Shown: piece by piece, positions 51,981 to 62,712 of the stretch
Numbering within the stretch: the stretch's first letter is position 1
Layout of the letters: each line of letters opens with the position of its first letter
Source of the DNA: Cyanophora paradoxa CCMP329
Lineage: Eukaryota; Plantae; Glaucophyta
Assembly (NCBI GenBank): GCA_004431415.1
Contig: QPMI01000474.1
Coordinates: forward strand, 62,001-126,000
Length of the DNA stretch: 64,000 nt
Direction: 5' to 3'
Program-made: the position numbers and the translations under genes
Notes under the pieces: model-generated
What the model saw: only the letters and a program-made list of their open reading frames with translations
The model's database searches: none
Told to the model about the DNA's origin: nothing

Positions 51981-52268
51981 CTTGTTTTTTATAGAACTCT
52001 TGCAACTGCTTATAGGATTCATCAGGTAACTCAGCCCTCATAGCTTGAAGCCCTTTGTAACCAGTTCTCACATCATAGAATCTCTTGGCAATCTTGCTGG
52101 TTTCTTTCACTGCAATAGCAACTGGGATCTCTACTGGGACAAGCTCTTTCATCTCTGACTTTTTTACAATTCGAGATTCTCCCTTTTCCTCCTTGGAACT
52201 GTGATAGGCAGTAGGTTACCTTGTAGTTGCTCAGTGGTTCTCCTAACTATTCTTCCAGTTGCTGGCAT
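50885..52268 (-). CDS. Retroviral-like (rve) integrase, Polinton/virophage type; frameshifted in this assembly
   Basis: Catalytic triad YVIDLL / QSDAGSEF / GRIEAFNKQIK; YNNTVHSATKMKP; C-terminal VRVK..WSRMVYTV..HELLPV. Confidence 0.95.
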
Positions 52269-52271
52269 CTC

Positions 52272-55200
52272 TTAATTAAAAGGAACAGAATTAATACCAT
52301 CTGGTAAGATGTATCTCTTTGCATCAAAGCAGTTTAGGGCAACCCTTCTACTCACAGTGTCTATTATTGTGTGATCTGCCCTTCTTTTCTGCTTTGCAGT
52401 CACAGTCTTGCTGATACCTGCAAATAAACACTGTTTTAAATCATTAAATTGGAGTTCCTCAGTTGAAGTCCCAGAGAGCTTACTCCTCTCAATCTCAGCA
52501 GTTCTGAAACTGTAAACTTTAGCTCTCAGACCCACATACTCCAATATAGCAGAGCCAGGCATTTCATTTTTGTATTTACCTGGGGTCATTCTGGAATCAC
52601 CTCCAAGGTCTAATGCATAGGATATATTCTCTATATCTTTTTGTAGGGTCTTAGATTCGATATATAGACAAAAGGAGTCAGTATCATGGAATAGTAACTT
52701 TGCTTTTGTCCATTGGGACCTTACAGTATCATAGAAGAACTTGTAGTTATGCAGTTTGGCTGCATCCAGAACATAAGCCCCAATAGCAACTGGCTTATCT
52801 AGCTTCACATGCTTTGTGTAAAACTCAAAGGCAACTGCTTTTTCGTTTATGGACTTGTTGATTTCACCAATGGGGAGGCTGCATATTTCATAAACAGTTT
52901 CTCACTGTTTGCAATCTTAACCACAGATCTACCTCTGCAAGATTCAATGCATTTCCCATAGATTGAGTTATTCATGAGTTTATAGAAATCAGCCTCGAAT
53001 TTATTCACTGCTTTCCTTCTCATCTCAGTATTCAGCTCAATGTAGGGTTTCATTACAGGAGCCACAGTAAATGATAGGACCCTGTGAACCTTCTTTAGTT
53101 TCACCCCTTTGTCCAACAGATACTGTAGAAGAGGCTCAGAAATCACATAGTTGGTCACAGAACCAAAGGTTGCAGTTAGCTTAGGGGTCTTATCAAGCTC
53201 TTCTCCTGAGAGATCTAATAGGCTCTTTTGATATTGTGATAATTCTGCATATTCTACTATTTTCTTGTTAATAATTAGGGGGAAATCACTGTGGTCTAGA
53301 TATAGCCTAATTGGGTAATCCAGATCAACTTCCAGGAAACTGGATCTGTTATCTTGTGGGTTGAATTCGGTCTCCCATCTAAAATCACCAACTGGGATTG
53401 GCTGACTCAAACAGTAGCCATACAAGTTGTTAGCATCAAACAGCATTATATGGGAGTTCTCACCATCAGCCTCAGCATACCTACAAGGCATTGTTGCAAA
53501 GCCACCCTGATTCCCCTCTCAACAAATTCGTATTGCTCTACATCACTTATAAGCTCTATTTTTGCCTTGGTGGTCCTAAGCATAGCATCCCAAGATAACC
53601 CAGGTGCAGATACATAATGAACTGGGTCCAATCCATATACTGAGTGTGAAAGCCTTCTGAAAGCCTGGAATTTGCTCATTAACTCATCTACATCAGCAGC
53701 CCCAAAGTCCATAAAATTACTTGCATCAATGAACTTGTAAAGACCCCATTGCAATGAAAGGTATTGATCAAAGTTTTTCGAAAGGATTTCGATTCGCTTT
53801 TTATCACCCATGCCTGCTATTTTTCTGAAAATGAATGTCCCACAGTCATCCATTTGGTCAACAACCACTGCTACTTTTGTTTGCTTTGAGATTCTCCTAT
53901 GGAGATTGCAGTTTCTGCATGCAGGTGCAATGTAATTACCTGTGTGGTGATCATGATCCCTGCATTTGAAGTTTTCCTTGGTGAACCTCTCACTGCAAAG
54001 GTAACAGTGTTTGGTAGCTCTGTAAATAGCCTTTTGCTCATCTGTGAGTTCATTCATGGAATATTGGTGAACAGGAAATCGATTAGCTCTCTTGCTTTGG
54101 ACTCCAAGCATTCAAACAGACCTCCCATTGGATCCTGACCCTCAAATCGAAACTCCTGAACATCTGCCCCAGTGACTATTCTAATGTTGACTGCTGAGAC
54201 TTCCCTCTTGGATTTCGATGCATCAATGGGGATGCTTCTATGTTCAATCTTGCAGTAAACCACAACAGGAAGCCAGACAGTTTTCCTGAGGTTTTTCAGT
54301 CCAAACTCTATTGTGGTGTCAGGCTTAGGGTGATTCCCTTTGAGAGTCTCCAATCAATGCATCTGTTTGAGTCCACATGAGCAGTGAGTTTAGCCTCAGA
54401 CCTGAATCGAGATAAGCATGTATCACAGTAGTGTAACTTTTGATCCTTGGTTTTATCAAGGGCAACTCTGAGAAGTCTTGAAAGGGACATGATAGTAATA
54501 TAGTGACCATTCCCTTCATCATCATGAATGAGCATTAGATTAATCTTTTGCTTTCTGCCTGGGTTGCTGGATTGATGTAGGGATATATAACATCTCCATC
54601 CATTCCAAATATGTTTATGCTGATGCCTGCATTTTGAGATTCGAATTTATCAATGATTTCAGCATCACAAGGAACAGGGAATGGATATTGTCGAAATTGA
54701 GAGCCAAAGGATTGTATGTGGTTGGTGAGTATTTCCATTTGCGATATTGTGTAAGCTCACTTCTCTTGTGGAATTTACATCTTTCCTATGGATCCATGCC
54801 AAAATGGCATTTTCAAAGCAAGAATCATCAATATTTCGAATATTCACTGTGGCTCTCTTGGCTGCAATTGATTCTGGTGTTTTAACATAGCAGCCACCAG
54901 TTGGGCATAACTCATAATAGCAACTCTTAGCATTTCGATTCTCTCCAATCGATAGCTATCAACAACATTCATCTGTTCCTGACACATTTGGGCTGCTTTA
55001 TTCAGCTCAGTTCGAATATTTCTCGATTTGGTTAATACAAAATAATCGCTGTAAATGTATTTCGATATCCAAACCTGTGGATTGCTGACTTTTACGAACT
55101 TGCAGATAAACGACAAGCGAACTTTGATTGCCCTGAATTGATCCAGACTATCTCTTAAACGTTTGGTAGAGAGGTTGCAATTCTATCTAAATATTCAATC

Positions 55201-55505
55201 ACATCTACCACAACTTCCCTTCTGGCTCTGTATGTGAGCCAGCGATATAATTCATTCATGGCTGTTCCATCTTCTGCCTCTGGTTCTATTTGCCTCAGGC
55301 GATCGAGTTCATCAAGAGTCTCAACTTTGTCATAGAGGTTATTGGCTTTTCTGGTTAATTTTGCTAAAGTGGGTCTGCCCTTGAAATAAATCCGATTTCC
55401 CGGTCATATTCAGCCTCTGTGATTTCATGGCTGCATACAGTGTTCCCAGTAATCCCATAAGTTCCCATTTCTTCTCTCTAATGAGTCTGTTGCTAATTCG
55501 GGCAT
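52272..55505 (-). CDS. Protein-primed family B DNA polymerase (Polinton type) split over several frameshifted ORFs
   Basis: DANNLYG, KLMNNSIYGK, FHDTDS, GKYKNE, VGLRAKVYS, YGLDPVHYVSAPGLSWDAML; endonuclease-VII-like CYLC..RDHDHHTG..ACRNCN; C2H2 finger; vOTU-like NIDDSCF..GHY. Confidence 0.93.
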
Positions 55506-55574
55506 AGTTCCTAACTTGTTCCTACTAAAAGGGGAGGTTTTAAATGGGGAATTCTGAACACAAAATTTGATGAA

Positions 55575-55609
55575 AACTACTTAAAGAAATATCTTCTATA
55601 TATATAAAA
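55575..55609 (+). promoter_or_regulatory. Putative viral promoter motif ACTTAAAGA-n-TCTATATATA (also 56441-56468, 56891-56925, partial 59398-59407)
   Basis: Near-identical AACTACTTAAAGAAAwATCTTCTATATATATAAAAGG precedes the ATGs at 55615 and 56944; variants precede 56483 and 59436. Confidence 0.75.
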
Positions 55610-55614
55610 GGACA

Positions 55615-56405
55615 ATGGCAGAGAAGAAATCGTATTGCCTGGAAAAGCTCAAAGCGGCTTTAATGTTGCTTTGTGGATCTGATAACTTCAATGATTATGT
55701 TGCTCTTGGAAGTAACAGGAAACCGCTCCCTCTTTGGGCAAAGCTTGCAAAATATGGATTAAGTGACTATGACCTGCCTCCAGAGTCTGAGCATTGCGCC
55801 TGTGATCATCCAATTAAAGAGCAATGCTATATTCTGCATGTTAATAAAAAGATTGTGGTCATTGTTGGGAATTGCTGCATTTTACGATTTATTCCGAAGG
55901 GTGCCAGAGGTCAAGATATATGTGAAAGATGTGGAGATCGCATAAAAACCGAAAGGATAATTTCTGTAATAAGTGCAGAATCGCTTTAAAGCAAGAAGAA
56001 CTGGAAGAAAAAGAGAACTTGAAAAACAAGAGGAAGCTCGAAAGAGGCAGCTTGAATTAGAAGAAAGAGAGCGAAGAGAGAGAGAATTAGAACAAGAAAG
56101 AGCAAGGAATAAACATGCAGTTAATCTTTTCCTGATTTGGTGCAACCAATTTATTCCGAAAATGGATAATCTTCGCAGAGATGATATAGAGAGGTTCAGA
56201 GAGGGCAGATCTGCATTGATTGAAATGTATGCAGAACTCAGTACAACAAATACATTGGTTGCTGGGTTTCAGGTGCCTTATCTTAAAAAAGATATCGCAA
56301 AAGATTAGATTGCAGATGGAATAAGGACAAGAAAACATGGGAGACCTTGGAAATCGAACCATTTGTAGCATTGCTAGGTAAGCATTTCAAACTTATGTAT
56401 ATTGA
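55615..56405 (+). CDS. Cys-rich zinc-binding viral protein with coiled coil and C-terminal DUF5710-like motif (frameshifted)
   Basis: CACDHPIKEQCYI..IVGNCCI, CERCG..FCNKC, E/R-rich coil, VPYLKKDIAK/RLDCRWNKDKKTW after a one-base shift; end approximate. Confidence 0.6.
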
Positions 56406-56482
56406 GCGATTTGGACAAAGAGGTTAGAGAACAAAAAATGATTTAAAGAATTCTCTATATATATTAAGAGAGACAGAGGAAA

Positions 56483-56725
56483 ATGCCACTCAGTGAAGCC
56501 CAGAAGAGAGCTATGAAGAGATACCAGCAAACTGAAAAAGGTAAGGCTCAAATCAAAAAGTTTAACGAAAAAATAGCCACACAGCTTAGAGATCTATATC
56601 AAACCGATGATACCTATAGAGCAATGAAAATAGCAAGTTCATGTCAGCGAAAGTATGCAGCCAATGCAGTCTGCTTTGTCAAGTATTTGTATGATGTCCC
56701 TTACTCAAATAGAGGAGAAAATTGA
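56483..56725 (+). CDS. Small basic hypothetical viral protein
   Basis: Intact 80-aa ORF MPLSEAQKRAMKRY.. downstream of the shared promoter motif. Confidence 0.65.
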   Translation: MPLSEAQKRAMKRYQQTEKGKAQIKKFNEKIATQLRDLYQTDDTYRAMKIASSCQRKYAANAVCFVKYLYDVPYSNRGEN

Positions 56726-56943
56726 AACATGTCTAAATTATTTTTCCCAGCATATTACTAGGCTGGGGATATGCTGTTTATTCGCTGAAATACCCATTCA
56801 TCCTTTTGTATCTAAACCACTCGATATATCATGTGGATAAATTCGTAGGGATACTTTCTCGATTTCCAACAAAAATGATTGGGGACCCAAAACTACTTAA
56901 AGAAAAATCTTCTATATATATAAAAGGGACCCGATCGCTGAAA

Positions 56944-59215
56944 ATGAACGCCAAACAGACTAAATCGCTCAAATCGCTCGCTAACTGGCTCAGATCTGAT
57001 GAGGAACTGTCCAAAAACATGATTATCCCAGTGAAACCTGACAGCAAAGACCCTGTTTTCAAGCATAAGGAGGTGCATGGTCCTGGGAAAAGTATGAGGA
57101 AGCGCTGGCAACTAATCATATGTATCTTGGGGCATTCTGCTCTCAGACAACATGATGGTTATTGACTTGATGATGAGGAGGACTTTGAGAAATTCCGGGA
57201 TATGTTTCCTGATGACTTTGATGCCAATCAGCCATGGCAAAAACTAAAAAAGCTATCATGTCTACTTTAAACGACCTGAGAGTTCAATAAACTCAAAATT
57301 ACCGATAAGCTCCTGGCTTTAAAGGCTTGAGAAGGTTGACCTGAAAACAATCACTGGAACTGGAACTTCTGACTGATCAATGTGTGTCCCAGTGTGAACA
57401 AGGCTTGGTAATCTCCCCATGGGATGATACCTGTGATTTCAATGAGCCTACTGATGACTTCAAAAAGTGGATAATAGATAACTACATCTATAAGAGTGAG
57501 TATACTGCTAATGCTACCTCACATGATGAACTGGAAAACAATATTATCAAAGAGCTGGTGGATATGGATTTATGCATCCCAATATAATCTCTAAAACTGA
57601 ACTTGGCTTTAACTTGATGCTGCTAACAAGGGACTCAATTGCCCATGCTGCAATGGTTCACATGAATCGAATAACTGGTATGTATGAAAGCTAAAGGAGA
57701 TGATAACAAATACATTGTGTCAAGCTACAGTGGAAATTGCAAAAAACGATTCATCTGCATTGGAATGCAATCTGATATCTTCAATCTTATAGATAAATCC
57801 GCTGTTCTGGTGGCGCTCATTATGATGTGAGTTTAGTATGCAAAGAGGTTCTTAAACATACTGGAGATACTCCAAAAAGTCATGGTTCAAACTCAATACT
57901 GATACTGGATTTGGAGCATGATGACACAAACCTAAAGATTTACCTAGATATAACCGTCTTGTTGTCCCCAATACCTTGGAAGGCTGTGCATTATAGTCAA
58001 AGAGCTTTAAAGGATGAGGAAACAAAGCAGCTTTCGAAGAAAGATCCAAAACATTGATGACCATTGCCAAAAATCTTAAACAATCAGGATTTCGCAAATC
58101 CCTTCTGACTGACTTGTCCCACTGCTGAATGATGATGAATCTTGAGAAATTGACACAGTTCCATATGTATTGGATCGAAAATGTGTATTTGATCTGACCA
58201 CTATGACTTTCAGAAGGTAAACTGGAAGATATGGTGAGCAAGACTGTGGTTATGACTATACTGAAAATGTAGACCCAAGAAAATAGAGCATCTCAATCAG
58301 ATTTATAAAGAGATTGTGGATGATCCAGCAGAGCGAAAGTATCTTCTGGCATCCATTGCAATTGCCCTTAGTGGATCAACTAAATCCAGAAGTTCTATAT
58401 GTGACTGGTGCTGGTGCTAATGGTAAATCACTGTTCAGGAATACTGCAAACAGATATCTGTCGCTATTACAGCCTCTCGAAATATCCTATTGGACTAAGC
58501 CTAAAAAGAACTCATCAGAGCTACTCCTGAACTTGCCAAACTCCTTGGAAAGCGACTTGTATTCAGTAATGAGGCTGAAGATGTGATAAACTGCAGATCT
58601 CCAAATTAAGGAGGTCACAGGTGGAAATGAAATGACTGTGAAGCCTTGTTCAAAGACCAGTTATCCTTACCCCAATGTTTCAGGTCTACATTACAACTAA
58701 TGACAATTTGACTATAAATAAACCAGACTTTGCAATTCAAAGAAGACTTTCCTATCAGAGATTCAATAATATATTCAAGAGAAGCCAGAAGCTGGTCAAA
58801 AGAAGCTGACCCAACTCTGTTCACACTTCTACACAATGATGATGAGTATAAGATGGCTCACATGAAGATATTACTGGATATGTGGAAACAAAGAGGTTGA
58901 AGAGATCTTAAGAAGTCCCCCTCAATCGATTATTGACAGGGAATTAACTTTATAGCTGAAAATGATAGATTGGTGAATGGCTTCGAGATAATTTCGAGGT
59001 TACACATAATGCTAACGACTTTGTTTCCAGTGATATCATTACAAATCATACAAAGTGTTGATGATAAAGTTGAATGTGTATCTGTTATGAAAAGAGTAAG
59101 GAGATCTTCAATGTTAAATCAAAAGAAAACGAGTTATGGTATTCTTGCCAGAGGATATATTGGATTCGAAAGATAACAAGGTTCAGAAGACAATGAAGAT
59201 GATGCCGAATATTAA
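56944..59215 (+). CDS. Primase(-polymerase) fused to a D5-like SF3 helicase (heavily frameshifted)
   Basis: Walker A VTGAGANGKS; Walker B region GKRLVFSNE; KEVTGG; N-terminal prim-pol-like VIDLDD and a YHVYF-like motif read across frameshifts. Confidence 0.8.
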
Positions 59216-59261
59216 AGAAAACGATTAATGATGAGATTTACATATATTTTTATAGCTTACT

Positions 59262-59370
59262 GAAAATGGTTTGTGTGACAGGTGTGACAGTCCATCCAAG
59301 AAAGCCTGGTGAAAAGTTGATTTTCAAAATCGATGGATAGACCTGTCACACCTGTCACACCTGTCACACC
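59262..59370. repeat. Internal copy of the GTGTGACAG iteron inverted repeat, right after the helicase stop
   Basis: GTGTGACAGGTGTGACAG...CTGTCACACCTGTCACACCTGTCACACC; its flank matches the reverse complement of the left-end flank. Confidence 0.9.
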
Positions 59371-59664
59371 TATCGAAAAGACCAAAATTTGACAAGAATA
59401 CTTAAAGCTTACTTGATGTGTATAGTGAAGACAAAATGCAAAACTCTTGATGAGATGACCATGAATGAGTTAATAAATGCATAAAGCATGGAGATAGGGC
59501 ATATATCGAAATGTCACAGAGATTGATAGGTTACAATATGTATGCAGCAAAACCAAAGAGAATAGATCAGTAACATTCACATAACTGTTTCAGTGTCTGA
59601 GAATGCAAACAAAAAACAACAAAGCATATTTACAAAGTTATCTGTGACTTGCAATTGATTGCAA

Positions 59665-60972
59665 GTATAAAGCCAATTCCTTGTATATATTTTATAGCTG
59701 CCTCAGTGCATACTGAGACCGCTTTTGCTCAATTATCTATAGACCTGGGGTCCATTGCTACTATCAGTAGGCAAATAATATTTAATCGGTCTCCCTCTGG
59801 GTCTCTGCTCCTCTTTTTGGCTTTTTGCGATAATAGGATGCCAGGGCTTGCTTTTTATACTCTCTATATGCTGGGTCCTCTATATCGTTTCTGCATTGCC
59901 AGAATGTGTCTTATAGACCCCTCAGTAACAGGTTCATCACTGGTAAACTCGATTAAACTAATAGTGTCCTCCATTTATATTCCAGAGAAAACGTTTTCTG
60001 CTGCAGAGAACTTCTCCTTGGATACTCCTGTTGCTCATATGTATACTCTGTGGGTCTGCTGGCATTGACTCCACAGAAACTGTTGATCTCCTTCTCTCTC
60101 TTGCCTCAGATACATTATCCTCAGTATCTGACATCTCAAACTCTATTGTTGTGTCACAGCATCCACTGTGGCAATTGCTTACCACATGCAGACTGAGCAT
60201 CTCAATAAACTTTCGTATTATATCCATGTCTCTAATAAAACAGAGAAATTAAAGCCAAACTCGTCTTTTATATACTGTGGGAGCTACTCCCTTTCTACTT
60301 CAGTTTTAGTGGCACCAGGTTCAATGGTTCCCTTTGGGTCTTTGTTTTCATTTCATCTACTGCTTGCTCATCGATTTGGTTCTCTTTCTTAGCAATAAAC
60401 TGTTTATCTGGGACACCAGTAATGCCCATTTTATAAACTTCTTTCGAAGCATCTCCTTTAGCTTGGCTCTCTCTTTCTTCTCAGTAACATACTGCTCCAA
60501 AGCACTGGATTTGGCTTCCAGATCTTTGAGTTTAGCAGTCATCTCATCCCATTGAGCCTTGGGAATTCGATGAATATTTTGAGTGGGAGCAGTCTTATAT
60601 GTGACTTCACCAGCCATAGACTGAATTACCTTGTCTGATTCCTTACTAAGACCTTCACCTTTGCGAGCCAGTGAAGATCTTGCAAGCCTAAACCTTTATC
60701 ATCAGCAGCACCAATAATTCGCCTGGCACCCTCAGCAACAGCTTCATTTTGAGCTTCTGGTGAGATGTTGAGTTGGTCACTGGTTGAAGCCTGTGGGGCT
60801 TTGTCATCGACTGATTCCTCATAGGCAGCATTAAGAGGGTCTTCTTGCTGTGAGGGCTTCACCTCATTCATACCATTGAATTTCATTGGTTCAGTATTAA
60901 TGGATCCATTGTTTCCACCACCTGAATAGCCAACAGCCCCAGCTGGATCCCTATCTTTCGTTTGGGAGGCAT
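59665..60972 (-). CDS. Cluster of about three small hypothetical viral genes (starts ~60972, 60617, 60227), frameshifted
   Basis: Closely packed ORFs with plausible ATGs (MPPKRKD.., MAGEVTYK.., MDIIRKF..SGCCD); no family recognised. Confidence 0.5.
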
Positions 60973-61034
60973 TGTATCTTTATTAGAATGAGAGATAATT
61001 TTATAAACCGCGTTTATATCGCATCAATTTATTG

Positions 61035-61738
61035 CTATGGACTTGGCTTTTCACTTCTTTAGGGGCTTCCTCTTTCTCTGGAGGTTTCAGTTCATCTTCT
61101 TTCTTTTTTGGCTTTCTGTGGAAGCGAGGAAATGGGAAATCTTTCACAAGCTCAGCTTTATCTACAATAGTATTTAACTGAGTTGCAGAGGACCAAATAT
61201 ATACTGATAGGAGTGAACATACTCTTCAAACATCTTGTAAAATCCTCTTTATTTCGCATTATATTGTATTCTTCCTCTATGGCTTCAAGTTCTTTGCGAT
61301 TTGCAGCACTTAGAAACATGCATATCAGAATTAACTCGAATAGTCGAAGAGACTTTCCTTAGCTTTTTGTGATGCAGATAATGGATATTTTTCGAATGAT
61401 CCAATATTTTATCCTGTAATCTACTATCTCATTATCGATTAAATCATCTAAAAACACACATTGGTTAACAGGTTCCACCTTTTCTATTTTCTCTTGCCTC
61501 TCATCTAGCAATTTAGCAATGTAAGGGGCATCCCTTTCCCAGTTGCAGTGTTGCACTTTATCCCAGAAATGATTGAAGCTGGTTCCACTCACAACTAATA
61601 CAACATCAATCTTTTTGGCATCATGCACTGCTTCAACCAATACTTTACAGCTTCTGATTTACCAGTTGCTGATTTCCAATTGTGACTCGAAAGGGGGTCT
61701 ATCATTTCACCAGCCACAAATTCATCCAAATCGTTCAT
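61035..61738 (-). CDS. A32/FtsK-HerA-type genome packaging ATPase (frameshifted)
   Basis: Walker A (G)KSATGKS, VLVVSGT, Walker B VFLDDL, arginine-finger region STIRVNSD. Confidence 0.82.
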
Positions 61739-61791
61739 TGGTATCTCTCTATAAAGAGACAGATAAAAATAATGCAGGAGACTGAAATGGT

Positions 61792-62680
61792 TTACAGGTT
61801 AGATAGGAAATCGTTTAATGCACCCTCAATATCAGTTTCGGTGAATGGGATTCTTAGGAGTTTGATATTATTAGCTTCACAGTACCGATTTTTAATTCCA
61901 TCACGAATTTGGGTATCTTCAAAGGCCTTCTGACCTCCAAACTGTTCCACAGGTTTGAAATGTTGTATACCATCATATTCAATTGCAATTTTGAGAGATG
62001 GAATATAAATATCGAATGGGAGAACTCTTTTATGCTTGCAATCAGGAAATCTGTGGATATTGAGAAGTCTAAACCAATTTCTTTTAGGGCTGCTTGAACT
62101 TTCGTCTCACCAATAGACGATCTACATGACAGACAGCCATACCCATTGAGAAAATCACTTGGTGTCTTTTTGAATTCAAGATCACACTTTTTACAGATAA
62201 TGGTAACTTTTGTTCTTGCATTAACATACTCACTTTAGATAAATCGTAGTTATCCCATAGAGTTTAAGCCTCTCTGTAATTTCTCAATCCCCATTTGCAA
62301 CTTATCTTTGATGCGATCCATTTTACATTTTGCATGCCCATCCATGCATGTGTTTGTGTGGCTTTTGATTGAAATACCTTGACATTTCTTGCAGAAAATT
62401 TTATAGGGTCATCTCCTTAATATAAACAGATTCGAATAGTAAAGATCTTTATGTTTCGCTTCGCTCTTTGACAAACTCATGGTTAACCTATGCATTTTCC
62501 TTTTTAATATTCCACAAGGGACAGCCACATTTGTTTATGTGACTATGGGCAGCTTGAATAAACTCAGTGTTGCATTTGCATATATAATTTTTCTTCATTC
62601 CCCATGAAATTAACTTTCGAATAATCATAATTTAGCCATGCCTGAATAGCTTGGCTAGAAAGACTTAGAGTATAAGACAT
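61792..62680 (-). CDS. DUF723-like zinc-ribbon repeats + Vsr/DUF559-like PD-(D/E)xK endonuclease (frameshifted)
   Basis: YDYSKV, NARTKVTIICKKC, GYGC repeats; SIGETKV; LPFDIYIPSLKIAIEYDGIQHF; RDGIKNRYCEANNIKLLRIPF. Confidence 0.82.
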
Positions 62681-62712
62681 TTACTTTTGTAAATGATTTC
62701 AAAAATAAATAA

